DNA of 64,000 bases from the NCBI RefSeq assembly GCF_009914755.1, contig NC_060925.1; one strand, 5' to 3'. A program made the translations under genes and the position numbers. Below, piece after piece: positions 13,086 to 27,600 of the stretch; position 1 is the first letter of the stretch, and each line of letters starts with the position of its first letter. This DNA is from the human T2T-CHM13v2.0 reference genome, Homo sapiens. The notes beneath the pieces were generated by a model. The model saw only the letters and a program-made list of their open reading frames with translations. It was not told the origin of the DNA and did no database searches.

Positions 13086-13381
13086 GTGAGTGCAGGGTTC
13101 CTGGGAAGGGAGGGCAGTTGGGTGGGGCTGGGCTAGCTGGGTCTGACCACTGGGTGGGCTGTTCAGGTTCCGCTGTCTTTGGGCCACAAAAAGAGAAAAC
13201 CACTCTGTTATGATTTACAAATGCAGCATATTTGGTTGGAGCCCCAGGATAGAAATAACAAAAAGTCCTTTTGGTGGTGAGGAGGCTGGGAACCCTGAGC
13301 TAGGGCAGTCTTGGTGGTATTGAGGGAACCTTTACCAGGGAGGTGGGGCTGCTTCTGCTGCAGTAGGAGGGTGGCCTGATA

Positions 13382-13451
13382 CTGCCTGGAAAGAGGGATG
13401 GAGACAGACAAACTACCTGCCTGGAAAGAGGGATGAAGACAGACAAACTAC
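13382..13451 (+). repeat. 35-bp tandem duplication in gene A intron 1
   Basis: CTGCCTGGAAAGAGGGATG(G/A)AGACAGACAAACTAC twice. Confidence 0.85.
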
Positions 13452-13727
13452 CTGTCTCCTGGGGAAGAGAGGGTGGGAACAATACATTCCCAGCCAGGAA
13501 CTCAGAGGTGCTCTGACGGTCTTTGCAGCTGTCCTGTGGAGGAGGGGCAGAACTAGAACCCTGCTGTCTGAACTGGAAGAAGCTCCTCTGTCCTGGGCTT
13601 CTCCGTTGAAAAAGGAGAGTGAATATGAACTCCCCTGCCTGGGCTTGGGGCTCACAGGTCATCACAAAGGAGAGGACACTTGGAGGTCTCAGGTTTATCT
13701 TAAAATTGTTTGTGTAATTTGCAATAG

Positions 13728-14023
<296 letters not shown>

Positions 14024-15655
14024 AAATAGTTTTCATTTAAAATATTAACCAGCATTTATCTTTGCCTAAAATGAATACCACAGGAGGATCCCTTTATTGT
14101 CCCTGAGAGTTGCCTTTCCCTCCACCCTGAAATGCTGCTCAGGTCCTGGAGGCCGCAGGTGAAACCATGTTTATCACAGCACTGTTGTAGGGAAAAACCC
14201 TGGAAAAAAGAGGAGGTGCCCATCAATTCATGAATGATTGACCAAACTGAGGAGTATCTGTACCATGGAATATTATGGAGGCTTACAAAAAGAAATAGTT
14301 CAGTTTCCTGGAAGGAGTTTTAAATTTTTTTGAAGTATGAGGTATGGAATCCTAGCAGCAAGTTCAGGAAATGAAACACAATGAAATCCTTACTTTATAA
14401 AAGGAAATGCAGCTTCCAAAATTTAAGGGTTTACATCTTTACAGTCACATGTTTTTAAGACTGTATTGGCAATGTGGAAGGAATCAGTAGATTGCTAACA
14501 TGGGCTACAACAGAGCATGAATTTGGGCAGGAAAAATGGAGGGAGAAAAAGCAGAGAACACAGGGAATTAAGCAAAAAAGGAAACTGAAAGAAAGACTGT
14601 CCTAGTCTAGGCTGTATATCACATTCATGACTCTATTTAAGATTATATGTTTGTATGTACAATGAAATTAGGTCAAAATTAATGACAAAATAAGACATAG
14701 TAAAGATGAATTTTTGTGGAAGTTTTATGGTTATAATTTTTTTTGTTTTAATATTCCAGCCAATACTTGAACTTGCAGGGAATTATATGAAATTGAGCAG
14801 ATTAGAGAGCATTTGTAAAACAGGATGTCTCGAAAAAACAATGGGCTTAGAAATAGGGCTACGTCCTCTTTACATAGGTAACCTTCTGTAGTCAGCAAAA
14901 TGTAGGCGTTCTCCACTTCTACAATGTTATTTACCTGGAAATATGTTCAGTTGTATAGAGTTTTCCTTGTAGGCATGGGGGTTGGAAGATTTCTGAAGAT
15001 ACAAAGAAAAATAAAGAAAGAATGGAAGGAAGGAAGGGAGGGAGAGAAAGAAGGAAAGGACTTAGAATTTCTCATTTTAGGGGTAGGAGATCCGTGTCCA
15101 GACAAAGAAAGTGATTCTCTCAGGAAATTACTGGGAAAGAATGAAATTGGTTGTCCCAGTGGTGTGGTACTGAATGAGACAAGACCTCTTGCTGTGGAAT
15201 TTGGTCAGAGGCTGTCCGCAGAAGGAACATCATTGTGAAATTGCTCTGCGTCCTTGCAAGAATCCCGAAGCTCCATAATTGGATGCATTTTTCCTTTGGT
15301 TTCTGGATAGTCCTTGTTCCAGTTCACCCTTGACCCAGGGAGGAAGATGGGGATGAAGCAGTGATGATGTAGTGGAAATGAGGAATTTGTCCTCATCATT
15401 CTTAAACTCTAACACCCTTCCTGAACATGTGTTTGGATGGGGAAGTGTGGAAGGGAAGGAGGGAGCCTGAGGGTGGCTCAGCTCACATATAATTTCCCAG
15501 AGACAGAGGCAGTTGCAGGTGAGGGTGGTCCTCGACTTCTGGGGAGCCCCTGACCATAACAATAACAAGATTTACTGAATGCCCACCCAGTGTCTGCCAG
15601 CAGGGAGTTGGAGGAGAAAGGGTCTTTGCATTAGGGGCTCCAGACAGAGACATGA

Positions 15656-15973
<318 letters not shown>

Positions 15974-17160
15974 TGATGACAGGATTTAAAATTTTATACA
16001 GTTTAAATGAATGTTTAACTCCACCTTGTAAATGACCACCTGCTCCCTGGCTTGTTTTTTCTTCTTCAGGATTAGCATCTCTGTAGATCAGAGAGCTCCT
16101 GCTGCCTTCCTTCCCTCTCTGAGTCTTCATCTTCCTCCCTGCTATGCTCATCATCCACCTTCTGGGGCAGATCCTCCCTGGCAGCCTGAGGGCTGAGCCT
16201 CCTCTCTTTCTGGTTCCCAGTTCCCTCGTCCAGGAAGTGGGGTCTGTCCAGGCTGCCTGTTTAACCCTCTGCTAGCCAGAAGTCCCTGCTCTGCTCAGCC
16301 ACTGAAAGTAGCTGCTTCCCCTTTTCAGGAGAGGGCAGTTGGGGTGGAGACCCCGGCAGCTGCTCAGGGCCTGGTGGGCTCAGACGACAGTGCAGCTGAG
16401 CTCCGGGGAGGGCAGGTGAGGGTGGAAGAGCTCATGGGCAGCGTCCTGCAGGGGAGGCCCTGGGCTGGGGGAGGAAAGTGGGCTCCAGGTGTGGCTCTGC
16501 CCTGTGTGACTCAGGACAGGTCTACCCCATAGAGAGTGCCTACTCTGTAATAAAAGCAGGAGCTTGGACAGATCATCCCTGAGTCCCCTCTCAGCAGTGA
16601 GGTTCTGGGATTTGGTGACTCCTGTGGCTCTATCAAGGTCTCTGCTCTGTCTCCCCATCCTGTCCTGTCCTATCCTGTGGCCTGACGGGCACTGACAGCC
16701 AGTGAGCCTATTTCAGGCTTCTTCAGAGAGAAGGCCCTGGGTGTCCCTGTGGCCACTTCCTCAGCCCTCAAGGGAGGAAGGGACTCCTCCTCTCTCAGTC
16801 CCCTCCACGTGACCCTCTGCTTTCTCTGCCTCTGCTCCTGAGAGGGGTCTTCGGCGTCAGCCCTCACTCAGGAAGGCCTGCTGCAGCTGTGGCATTTAGA
16901 AGCCACTAATACAATCCTCAGCCAGACCTTTTCAGTTTCTGTCTGCTCAGCAGAAAACACTAATTTCTATTTCACTGGTTCCAGGCAATGCTGCAAGAAT
17001 AAGACAAACACTGTTTTGGCCAGAATTATTCCTGAAAATCTCTTAGGAAAGTGCCATACAGGAGACTGGAGTGTTATCTCCCAGCAAGTCTAATGAATGC
17101 CCACATTTATCCAGGTGGAAAAAATGGCTGTTTCTTTGAGCTTCAGATTAAATAGAACAC

Positions 17161-17490
<330 letters not shown>

Positions 17491-17723
17491 AGAACACTGA
17501 TGTTTAGTGTCCATTTTTATACCAAAATTGTACAAAATACTTAAACATTACACTCCACAAGAACCAGGACTTGCTCTCAGAATTGCTTCAGATTTGTTGT
17601 ACTAGCTTTATTCCTAAAATCAAGGGAGTATATTGGATAAATTTTACTAAAATAGAAAGTTCTGTGGTTCTCTCATTTGTTCTTGCTGAGGAAATACTCA
17701 TGTTTCCTGTTTCCATGCCCTAG

Positions 17724-18116
17724 GTGTCTGCAGCACAACAGCCAACACTTCTGGAGCACATGGCCCTGCAGTGAAGGATTCTGGAGCTCACATTTGTCTG
17801 AAGGGGATCCGAGGAGGTTCTGTGTTGTTGAATGTGATTGAGAAGCTCAGAGTAGATGTAGACGCCGAGCTGGAGGAGGTTGTATGGACTTTGGGTACTC
17901 TGTCAAATCATACACAGGTGCTGTGAGTCCACAGGGGGGCCGACTCTCCAACCTGGGTCGGCCTTGAGGAAAAGTTCAAGCAGAGGGTCCATGTGCCTAG
18001 CGTGTTGTCTCTGAGGATTGAGAACCTGGCCCCTGAAGACAGTGGGCAGTACATGGCCATGATCCATTTAACTGGGGGACAATTATCTGGCCAGGTTTTC
18101 TACCTCACTGTCTATG
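17724..18116 (+). pseudogene. Gene A exon 2: CD2/SLAM-type IgV domain, one in-frame stop
   Basis: CCCTAG| acceptor, TATG|GTGAGT donor, 393 nt, phase 1-1. Reads VCSTTANTSGAHGPAVKDSGAHICLKGIRGGSVLLNVIEKLRVDVDAELEEVVWTLGTLSNHTQVL*VHRGADSPTWVGLEEKFKQRVHVPSVLSLRIENLAPEDSGQYMAMIHLTGGQLSGQVFYLTVY; TGA at 17924-17926. Confidence 0.93.
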
Positions 18117-18399
18117 GTGAGTGACACCCCTCCCTCCCCCATCCTCTGGCTTACCTGCTTTTTTTGTCCCTAGAGTGTCACATAGGCCCCATGCAGGGTT
18201 CCATTCAGACACCAGTCTTCAGACTCCATTTTCTCCACTAAAATAAGGCACATGAGGTCCCCAGAGATACAGAGCAGAGCTGAGATTCACAGCAGGAAGA
18301 AAATCTCTTCAGTGTTTTGGGACAGGAAATGGAAATTCAGGAAAATAGCAATTTTTCCAATAACATTAATCATCCTATATATGATTAACATTAATTTGT

Positions 18400-18822
18400 A
18401 TAGTAGTTTTTTATCGCTAATGTAACAAACTACCAAAAATTATTGGCTGAAGGCAACACAAACTTATTATCTCACCGTGCTGTAGGCTAGAGATGTGACA
18501 CAAGTATCCATGAGCTAAAATGAAGGTGGTGGCAGGGCTGTGTTCTTTCTCAGGGCTCCGGGGAGAAGCCATTTTCTTGCGTTTTTCACCTGCTAGTGGC
18601 TGCTGGCGTCCCATGGCTCATGGCCATCTTCCTGTATTTCCTAATAGAACACTGATGTTAGTGTTTGGGAATTCAGAATCATCTCCCTATTTTAAGGTCA
18701 GCTGATTAGCAACCTTAATTCCATCTGGGAACTTAATTCCCCTTGCCTTGCAGCTAACTTATTCCCAGGTTACCAGGATTGGTCCTAAACATTTTGGAGG
18801 CCACTGTTCTGCCTACCACAGT
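18400..18822 (-). mobile_element. MLT1-family MaLR LTR
   Basis: GTAACAAACTACCA...AAACTTATTATCTCAC...GGCAGGGCTG...AGCTGATTAGCAACCTTAATTCC...TTCTGCCTACCACA. Confidence 0.8.
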
Positions 18823-19130
18823 TGGGAATCCCTGTGAATGGAGTCCTCCCCTCTCACTCAGCCCCAGCCCAGGGCCAGCCTCAGTCACATGAGCCACCAC
18901 AAATCTGGCTCTCAAAGCCTCCGTAGGCGTAGGAGAAAGTTTACACTGCAACACTTCTTAGGAAACTAGTTTAACCAACTCTTTCTTTCCCTAAAGTTCC
19001 TCTCTGCATGGGGGAATATCCTGCCATGGAGAGAGTGGTTTTTGCAGCTTTAGGTCCCATGTGATTTCTCAGGCTGGCCTGTGAATCATATTCCTCTCTT
19101 CTGTCTGCACCACAGGTTCAGTAGCATGTT

Positions 19131-19447
19131 CTTTTGTTGTTGTTGTTGTTGGTTTTGAGACAGGGCCTTACTTTGTCACCCAGGCTGGAAGGCTGGAGCA
19201 CAGTGGCATAAATACAGCTCACTGCAGCTTCAACTTTCTGGCTCAAGCGATCATACCACTTCTGCCCCCACAAGTAGCTGGGATTCCAGGAGACCGCCAC
19301 CACACCTGGCTCATTTTTGTATTTTTTCTAGAGACGGGGTTTCACCATGTTGTCCAGGCTGGTTTCAAACTCCTAAGCTCAAGCAATCCGCCTGCCACGG
19401 CCTCCCAAAGTGCTGGGATTACGGGCGTGAGCCACGGCTCCCAGATC
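19131..19447 (-). mobile_element. AluJ with (TTG)n tail
   Basis: GAGACAGGGCCTTAC...GCTCAAGCGATC...GGGATTACGGGCGTGAGCCAC. Confidence 0.9.
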
Positions 19448-19983
19448 CAGTGGCACTTTCTAACCACATTCAGAGTCATTGTTTCTATTCGTGACCACTG
19501 CATCCTCCATAGACACGTCCACTTTTGGGAGCATGGGCCTTTCTCTGGCCTCCCAGAGCTGACCTGATGTCCTGTCCCTCAAGGGTTGTGCGGTCCCCAG
19601 CTTGGCCTCAGCTGGGGATGCAGGTGAAGGAACCTGGGCCAGAATAAGCCCTTATATCCCAGACTTTTTCTTTCCTGGAAAGACCCTAATTTAAAAAAAA
19701 AAAAAGGCTCTGGGAGGGTTGAGTCCAGCTTCTATTTTCTTTGGGACAGTTTTAAGACCTATTCAATCTAGGAAACCAACATGGAGCTGAACTCAGTGGC
19801 TTCCCTTGTCATTTGCTCAGTATTTGGCCTTGAGCAAATTGTGTTTTATCTGTAGAATACACCCACACCCACTTTTCCTATAGGGAGCATGCCATGGCTT
19901 TAATGAGAAAATGATAAGAAAGTGTGATGTGCAATGTTCTCCACAAATGTGAGGTGTCTTTCTTCTGTCTCTTTCTTCCCCAG

Positions 19984-20277
19984 AGCCTGTGCCTCATCCT
20001 GAGATCCTGGCCAAGTCACTGTCTATCATACCAGGCTTGTGTAACATCACCCTGGATTGTAGGGCTCCAGGAGCCACAGAGGACCTGAATGTGACTTGGG
20101 AGAGCAAGGACCTCCTCAGAGAGCTGGAGCACAGAGAAACACGAGGACCAGCCCCTAACCCCTGGATCCTGGCTGTGGACCTGCCCCTGAGCCAGCGGAA
20201 CAGCAATCTCACCTGTGTGGTCAGCAACTAGGTAGATCAGAAAGATGTAACCTTACCTTGGGGAAGCCTGTGTCAAG
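19984..20277 (+). pseudogene. Gene A exon 3: SLAM-type IgC2 domain, one in-frame stop
   Basis: Long polypyrimidine tract plus CAG| acceptor, CAAG|GTGAGT donor, 294 nt, phase 1-1. Reads EPVPHPEILAKSLSIIPGLCNITLDCRAPGATEDLNVTWESKDLLRELEHRETRGPAPNPWILAVDLPLSQRNSNLTCVVSN*VDQKDVTLPWGSLCQ; TAG at 20229-20231. Confidence 0.93.
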
Positions 20278-21824
20278 GTGAGTGGTGAGTGTAGCCTGCA
20301 AGATAGGAGGGGCTTCCTGAGCTCAGGCAGTACTGGGGTTTAATGGTTCTGGGCTCTATTCTCCACCATGTGCATTAGCACCACCTTCCACCTGCTCACC
20401 ACACACAGCAGTGTGGGAGTCACATCCACCTTGCTTCTGCCCTTAACCATCTCTCCCACCGATGCCCTCCTCCCCACAACCCCACCATGTCCTTATTGGT
20501 AAAGGCAGCAGCCTTCCGGGAGCTCTCCCACTCCATCCATCCTCCACTGGGCATCCAGAGTGGGCTTTGAGAAAAGCAGGACAGCTTGTGCCATTGTCTG
20601 TGTCATCTGTGGGAACCTGATTCCAGCCACTCTCCGTATGATTCAGAGCTTAGATGCACCTCTGTCCACGTTGCTAGCCTCATCTGCTCTCTTCACACCA
20701 AACTGCTTGCTATAGTTCTCTGAATGTATCCTGCCATTGCAAGCTTCTGGGCTTCTGCACATGCTGGATTTTCTGTATCAGCCATCCCAAGTCCTGTGTC
20801 CTTCACTTCTGCTTCATGGGGTGAAGACCATGTAAAGGCCCCATGTTTGGTTTAAAGTTCTGTTAATAAGTTTGAACAAGGGCTTCCTATTTTCATTCTG
20901 CATAGGGCCTTTTCAGTTATGTATCCAGTCCTGAACTTAGGCAGCAATCCTTTAGGGAGCGTCCATGGCACCCCACACAGAGTAGTAGTGGTGGGGTTAT
21001 GTCTTTGCTCTGTAGATGGCAATGCCCTCAGGCAGAGGCCACCATCATGTTCTCCTTTGAATCCCTGTGCCAAGTACAGCTTCTGGCAAAGTTTGCTCAC
21101 AATCAGTGTTCATTGGATGAATGAATGACTTGGTACCCTGGTGCAGTCACATCTTCTCTAACCTTTCCTCCAGGAGCTGCCGGAGAGCTCTGATGTGTCA
21201 GCATCCCTTTAAACCACCCGTTACCTCCTCCCCTGTCCTCCATCCTGGAGTGTTCAGTACTTAGCGTGACAACAAGGCCCTCTGGGCACAGACTCCTGCC
21301 CCCTCTGACTCTCCTTGCCATGGTTCCTCCCTGCCCTGTTCCTCTCCTGCTGCAATGGGGTGCTGGCAACTCCCAGGGCTGGTGTTTTGACACAGTAATT
21401 TCCTAAGTGTGGTGCTCCTTCTTCCTGGAATGCCCCACCCTGAATATCTGAGAAACTCTTACTCCCGCTTCAAGCCTCAGTTTAGACAGCACCTCCTCTG
21501 GGTGGCCCTCCCTGATGACCTTGTACAAGGTGTAAACCTCTATTGCAGCTGCGATCCCTCTGTCTGGCAGTTGGTATTTTCTGTCTTCCCTCCTGTGTGC
21601 TGGGCTGCTGTGGACATCGTCTTGTGCATCTCAGCATTCCTGGCACCAAGCAACAGCTCTTAACCAGTTGAATGAATGGACTTGTCATGCTCCTCCCTCT
21701 GCAGCTTCTGCACCAGGCTCCTTCCCACTGCTCCACCTGCTTTCTCCCTCTGTCTCCTCTTGGCAATGGTTATGTCAAGTTATTTCCTGCCTTAGCCTTT
21801 TTCACTCTCTGTCTGGGAGAACAG

Positions 21825-22012
21825 GTTCATGTAGACTGGACACGGCTCTCCTTCGCGAGATATTCTTGGAGTCATTGCATTTGTGCTGTTGATCCTGGGA
21901 GCTGGGCTATACCTCTGGAAGAAACGTGGGAAGAAGAACAAGAAGAAAGATGAAGAGGAAGAAGAGGAAGAGGAGCAGAAGGAGGAGGAGGAGCGGGAGG
22001 AGACAGGAATAG
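21825..22012 (+). pseudogene. Gene A exon 4: transmembrane and juxtamembrane, frameshifted
   Basis: ILGVIAFVLLILGAGLYLW (21862-21918), then KKRGKKNKKK and a Glu-rich run ending ETGI; TM frame is offset from the phase-1 frame of the ACAG| acceptor; presumptive donor reads G|GCAGGT. Confidence 0.8.
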
Positions 22013-24149
22013 GCAGGTTGCATTTCTCCATCGAGGCCCAGATATCTCCCCTCCCCCACTAGAATCTGGGTTCTCTTTCTCCTGAAAGAATGTCATTGTT
22101 TAGCTATATGAATAACCCTAGATATAGCATCGAGTTAACATGTCCAAGATATTTGTTACTGGAAAAAACTGAACAGCAATGCATGGTATGATTTAATTTT
22201 TGTAAAAGTGTATAGATAGGTAGATAGAAAGATAAGCACAGAATAAAATCTATACTACATGACAGATTACCAACAGTGGCTCACTCAGAGGTGAGGAATT
22301 CCTCAAGGTTTGCTTCTTTTTAGTTTATATATATAATGTAATATTTTATGTTATTTGAATCTTTTACAATGCTCAGTCACTGTGAAGTCAAAGGAAACAA
22401 TTAAGACAATTTTGTAGCTTAATTCCATTTAGCTAATTAATCCCCATCTCTGTGGATGCACCTCATCTTTTCTGCTGACTGTGACATGGGGTAAAGACCA
22501 AACTCTATTCCACCCCATGCAGACACCATATACCTTTCCAGTTGCCATGAACAAATGAGAACAAATTCATGTAAAACAAAGCGATTCATTCTTTATACAC
22601 ATCTGGGAGGGAAAGCAGCTCCAGAAAAGGCCATCTCTCAGGATGAGGGCAAGGGCGGGATTTCCTATAGGAAAGCAACAAAGTTTCAGGAGGAAAAGCA
22701 AATCAGTTAAATCAGTGCCTGACTTGTCAGAGAGCATTGGTTGATGTCTGACACTCAGCTTTAGGCATGGCGGAGCCCCAAGTACATTTGTGAAGTTTGG
22801 GCAGTTGTGTTCCCATTCTCCATCAAGCTGTTGCTGTTGTCGTTGTTTTTATTCCCACCAATGTCTGGAGCCCCAGGTGCCCTGGTTCCTTCTTGGGGCC
22901 TTGACTGCTTTATCCTTACCTTCCAGATTCAATCTTCAGCAGCAGGCAAGTCCTCAGGCTGCAGCTCAGGGCTCAGGGGAAATTTCCTTCCTCAGCCCAT
23001 GCCCAGGAGCCTACACCCACCCTGTACCTTTCCCCCATGATAGCCCTTTCTGGAAAACCTTTCCCTGTACCTCCACTTTGGAATTAGGGTGCAATAAGAC
23101 CACATACTTGCCACAAAAGGTATATAGTTTTTTTAATTGTACCTATGAAGCAGCTTTTCTTTCCTTATTTTATTTGTATTGTGCAGTAGTTGTACATTTT
23201 TAAAAAGGAAAAATGGTGCAAAACAGCAATCCCTTGCCCTTCCTTCTCCACATCTAGACTGGCTCTTCAATGAGAGTCACTTTCAACTATAGCCTTTACG
23301 TCCAAGTTTCTCAATAATGTGCTGATGTTACTATCTTCAGTTCAATTTTAGGCACTAACTATTGACTTTTCATTATGATAAGTGAGGATTTTCCTCTCTC
23401 ACATGTCTTCCCTCCTTTATCCTCCATCCAACTAATATAGATATGTGACATTTTTGGTTTAAATCAATAGTATTTATAGTCTACAATTCTACAAACAGCT
23501 AAAATTATTTAGCATTTTTATTGTAGGCCAGACACCATTCTAAGGTGCCTTACATCCAATTACTAATTTAACATGTCACCATCTCTATCATATATTATAA
23601 TTATCTCCATTTTACAGATGAGGAAATTGAAACATCTCTTGGTAATTTGTGCAGCGTTCTGAATCTAGGAGGTGGCACAGTTGGGATTAGAAGCCAGGTA
23701 GTCCGGCTCCAGCATCCATGCTTTCAACTGCTAGGCAATCCCCAAACTGAAGCCTGCTATTGGGAGCTTACTATTGTTCTTGCTGCTAGGGATACAGAAG
23801 TGAACGAGACAAATACCCAGCTCTCATAGAGCTTGCATTTCAGGAGGACACTGGAAATGAACAAATGCCCAAGTAGAGAGAGAAGGTCAGGTGGTGGCCA
23901 GTGGGTGGAGATGAAGCAAGCGGAGGGAAGCAGGAGGGCAGCTCTTTTCTGTGGATGCTCAGGGAAAGCCTCTTTGGAGAGGGAGCATTTTAGGCCTGAG
24001 TCGAGTGTAAGAACGATTTCAGTGAGCAGGAAGAGCCTTCCAGGCAGAGGAAAGGGCATGTGCAGATGCCTTCAGCTAAGGCTGGGCTGAAGTGCTGCAG
24101 AAGCAGTCACAAGGCCCCCGTGGCTGGAGTCAGTGATGAAGGGGACCTT

Positions 24150-24630
<481 letters not shown>

Positions 24631-27600
24631 AGGACATGGATTTTATTGTCAGTGGGACGGGGGTGTTGACAGAGGATTGTGAGCAGCAGAGGAGGATAGT
24701 GTGACATTGATTTAAAGGCCCACACTTTTGGCGTGTGTTGAACCCACTGCTTGGCATCCAGGCTGGAGCCAGGGAGGCAGCTGAGGAGGCCCAGCAGGAA
24801 TCCAGGATGAGACACTGGTAGCTTGGCCTAGAGTGGAAGTGGTGAGAGGTGGGCTAATTCATGACACATTTTGGAGAGTCAACAGGATTTGCTGTCGGGT
24901 TGGATGTGGAGTATGAGAGGACAAGGAGTCCAGGGCGACCCCAAGGATTGTGGCCTGAGTGCTGGGGGGATGATGGTGCTGTTTACCGTGGTGGGGAGTG
25001 CTGGGGAAGGAGCAGGTTGGAGTGAGACTTTGAGATGCACCAAGGCCTCCAGGGGAACTGTGCAGGCATTTGGGCATATGAGTGTGGGCTCGGGGGGAAG
25101 GTGAGCGTAGGCAGGGGAGTCATGAGAGCAGGGACCGGGTGCTGGAATGGTTAGAGGGTGTGAAGACAAGACTGAGAAGGAGCAATCAGTGACACAGGAG
25201 GAAAGTCAGGTGAGTCTGGCATCCAGGGAGCCAAGTAAAGAGAGTTTTTCTTGAGGAATGGAGTGATGCATTGTGCCCGAGCTTGCTGAGGGTCCAGCAG
25301 GGTGATGCCCGAGAGCAGCCCGCTGGAGTCAGCTGGGGGAACGCATGGGGACCTCCCAATGGCCAGCGAATTCTGTGGATTCAGCATCATTCTCCTTCCT
25401 CAGAGAAGGCGTCCCTGATCCTTATGCCTCCTCCTCTGCCAGTATCTGCACTTTCCCCTCTCTGTATTTCTCATGATAGATAGAAATTTTGGCATTTCCT
25501 TGTTTAATGCCTCTCCTCCACTCGACTGCACATGGCATGGACAGGAGCACGCACGCTGCACTCATCTGAGTCCCCAGTACGTAGCGCTGTGCTTGGAACA
25601 CAGGCCGTGCTCAGTGACTATCTCAGGAATGGATGTGGAGTCAGCCCCCATGAACGGGGACTCCGAACAGAGCCCAGTCAGTTTTCAGTTCTGCTTTCGT
25701 AGAGTCAGCAGTGGGAACAGGGTTTTTGTTTGGGACCTAACATTCCTGGGTAAGAGAGGGGAGAAGCCTCACACACAGACCTGGCCGGCCTCTGTGGAAA
25801 TGATGTCTGGACATGCCTGAGTATCTGACAGGAGCTGTGGTAACAAGAAAGAACATGGGCTCAGGAGTGGCAGCACTTTAAATAAGATAACCTTTATATT
25901 TTATAAAAGTTTTTCATTTACAGAAACATTGGGCAGATAGTACCGAGAGTCCCACAGACTCCACACCTAGTTTCACCTTTTATCAACATCTTATGCTATT
26001 AACATCTGTTACAATTAATAAACCGATATGGATACATTCTTATGAACTCAAGTCCATACTTTCTTCAGACGTCCTTAGTTTTTACGCGATGTCCTTTTCT
26101 GTTCCCAGATCCCACCCTACATACCTCTTTAGGCTCCTCTGGGCTGTGACAGCTACTCAGACTTTCCTTGTTTTCGCTGACATTCGTGAGGGGTACTGGT
26201 CAGGTGTTTTGAAGAATGTTCCTCAATTGGGATTTGCCTGATGTTTCTCTCATGATGAGACTTGGAATTTAGGTTTTGGGGAGGAGGATGACAGAGGTAA
26301 AGTGCCATTTTCATCGCATCATTTGAGGGTGCATGCTGTCATCGTGACATTACTATTGATGCTGACCTCAACTATCTTGACAAAGGTAAAGCTTGCTGAG
26401 TTTCATCCATTGTAAAGTGACTTGTTTTTCCCCTCTTCCACACTGTTCTCTTTGAAAAGAAGTCACCGTGTGCAGCCCAGACTTAAAGAGTAGGGAGTTA
26501 AACTTTACCTCCTTGAGAGTGGAATGTCTTCACACATTACTTGGAATTTTCTGCACAGAAGATTTTTTCTCCATTTACTTGTTTCCCATTTATTTATTCA
26601 ATCAATCATTCCCCTTTTTTAATTTCTTTATTTCTTTCTTTATTCAATCAATCATTTATTTGTATCAGTATAAAGTCATTGATATGTATTTTATGCTTCG
26701 GGCTATAATCCAAAGCCACTATATTTATTTTGTAGCTCAGATTGTTCCAGTTTGGCCATTTGGTGCCGTGTTCTTTTGACACAGCCTCATCACTGTGTGC
26801 CTTTTTTTTTGAGGACTTTCTTACTTGGACTCTCCAAGATGCTCCAGGCCCATCTTGTATATTTCCTGCTTCAGTTCTAGAAGCAGCCATTTCTCCCAGG
26901 AGCTCTAGTTTGGTTTACTGCGGAATTGCTTTAGAAACCAAGATCTGGGCAAGAGGGTCCTTGTTTTCAAGCATTAGGAACGCAGAGAGTGATTTCCCAT
27001 CTACAGACAAGATTCCACCTAAGTCCATAAAATCTTATCATTTGCCTCCTTTGTTGGATATGAACAGACTTCAAGGTCACAGATAGGTCAGAAATTCATC
27101 ACAAACATCTTTAGAAGGGAATGAAGGTAGTTAAAATAAGTCTGCTAAAGGAAATGTCATCTGGGCCCCCAAAATATGAGCAAGTTGAAGTATTCGGCAA
27201 GGAAAACATAGGAAGAGTTTGTTGTTTGCTACCAGACAAGCTCAGTAATAGTTGTCCTAGCACAGACGTTATTGTAAAGGTCTGTTGATAAAAACAATCC
27301 AGATTGTACTGCAAGTGTAGGACAAGAACAAGTGCTTTGGGGCCAGATTGATTTGGATTTGAATCCTTTCTGTTATTCGTCTGCCTGGAAGCTTGGATAA
27401 GTCACTTTGCTTCTCTAAGCCTCACTTTCTCATCTGTAAAGTGGATATACTGATCATGCCTACCTGATAGAGTTGTTTGAGGATTCATGAGATGCATATC
27501 AAGTGTGTAGCCTCAGCCCCTGGCACATAGTAAGTGTTTAATAAATGTCATTTGCCTGAAATATGCCAGGGAGCACCTGCCCAGGAAACAGCTATAGCAG

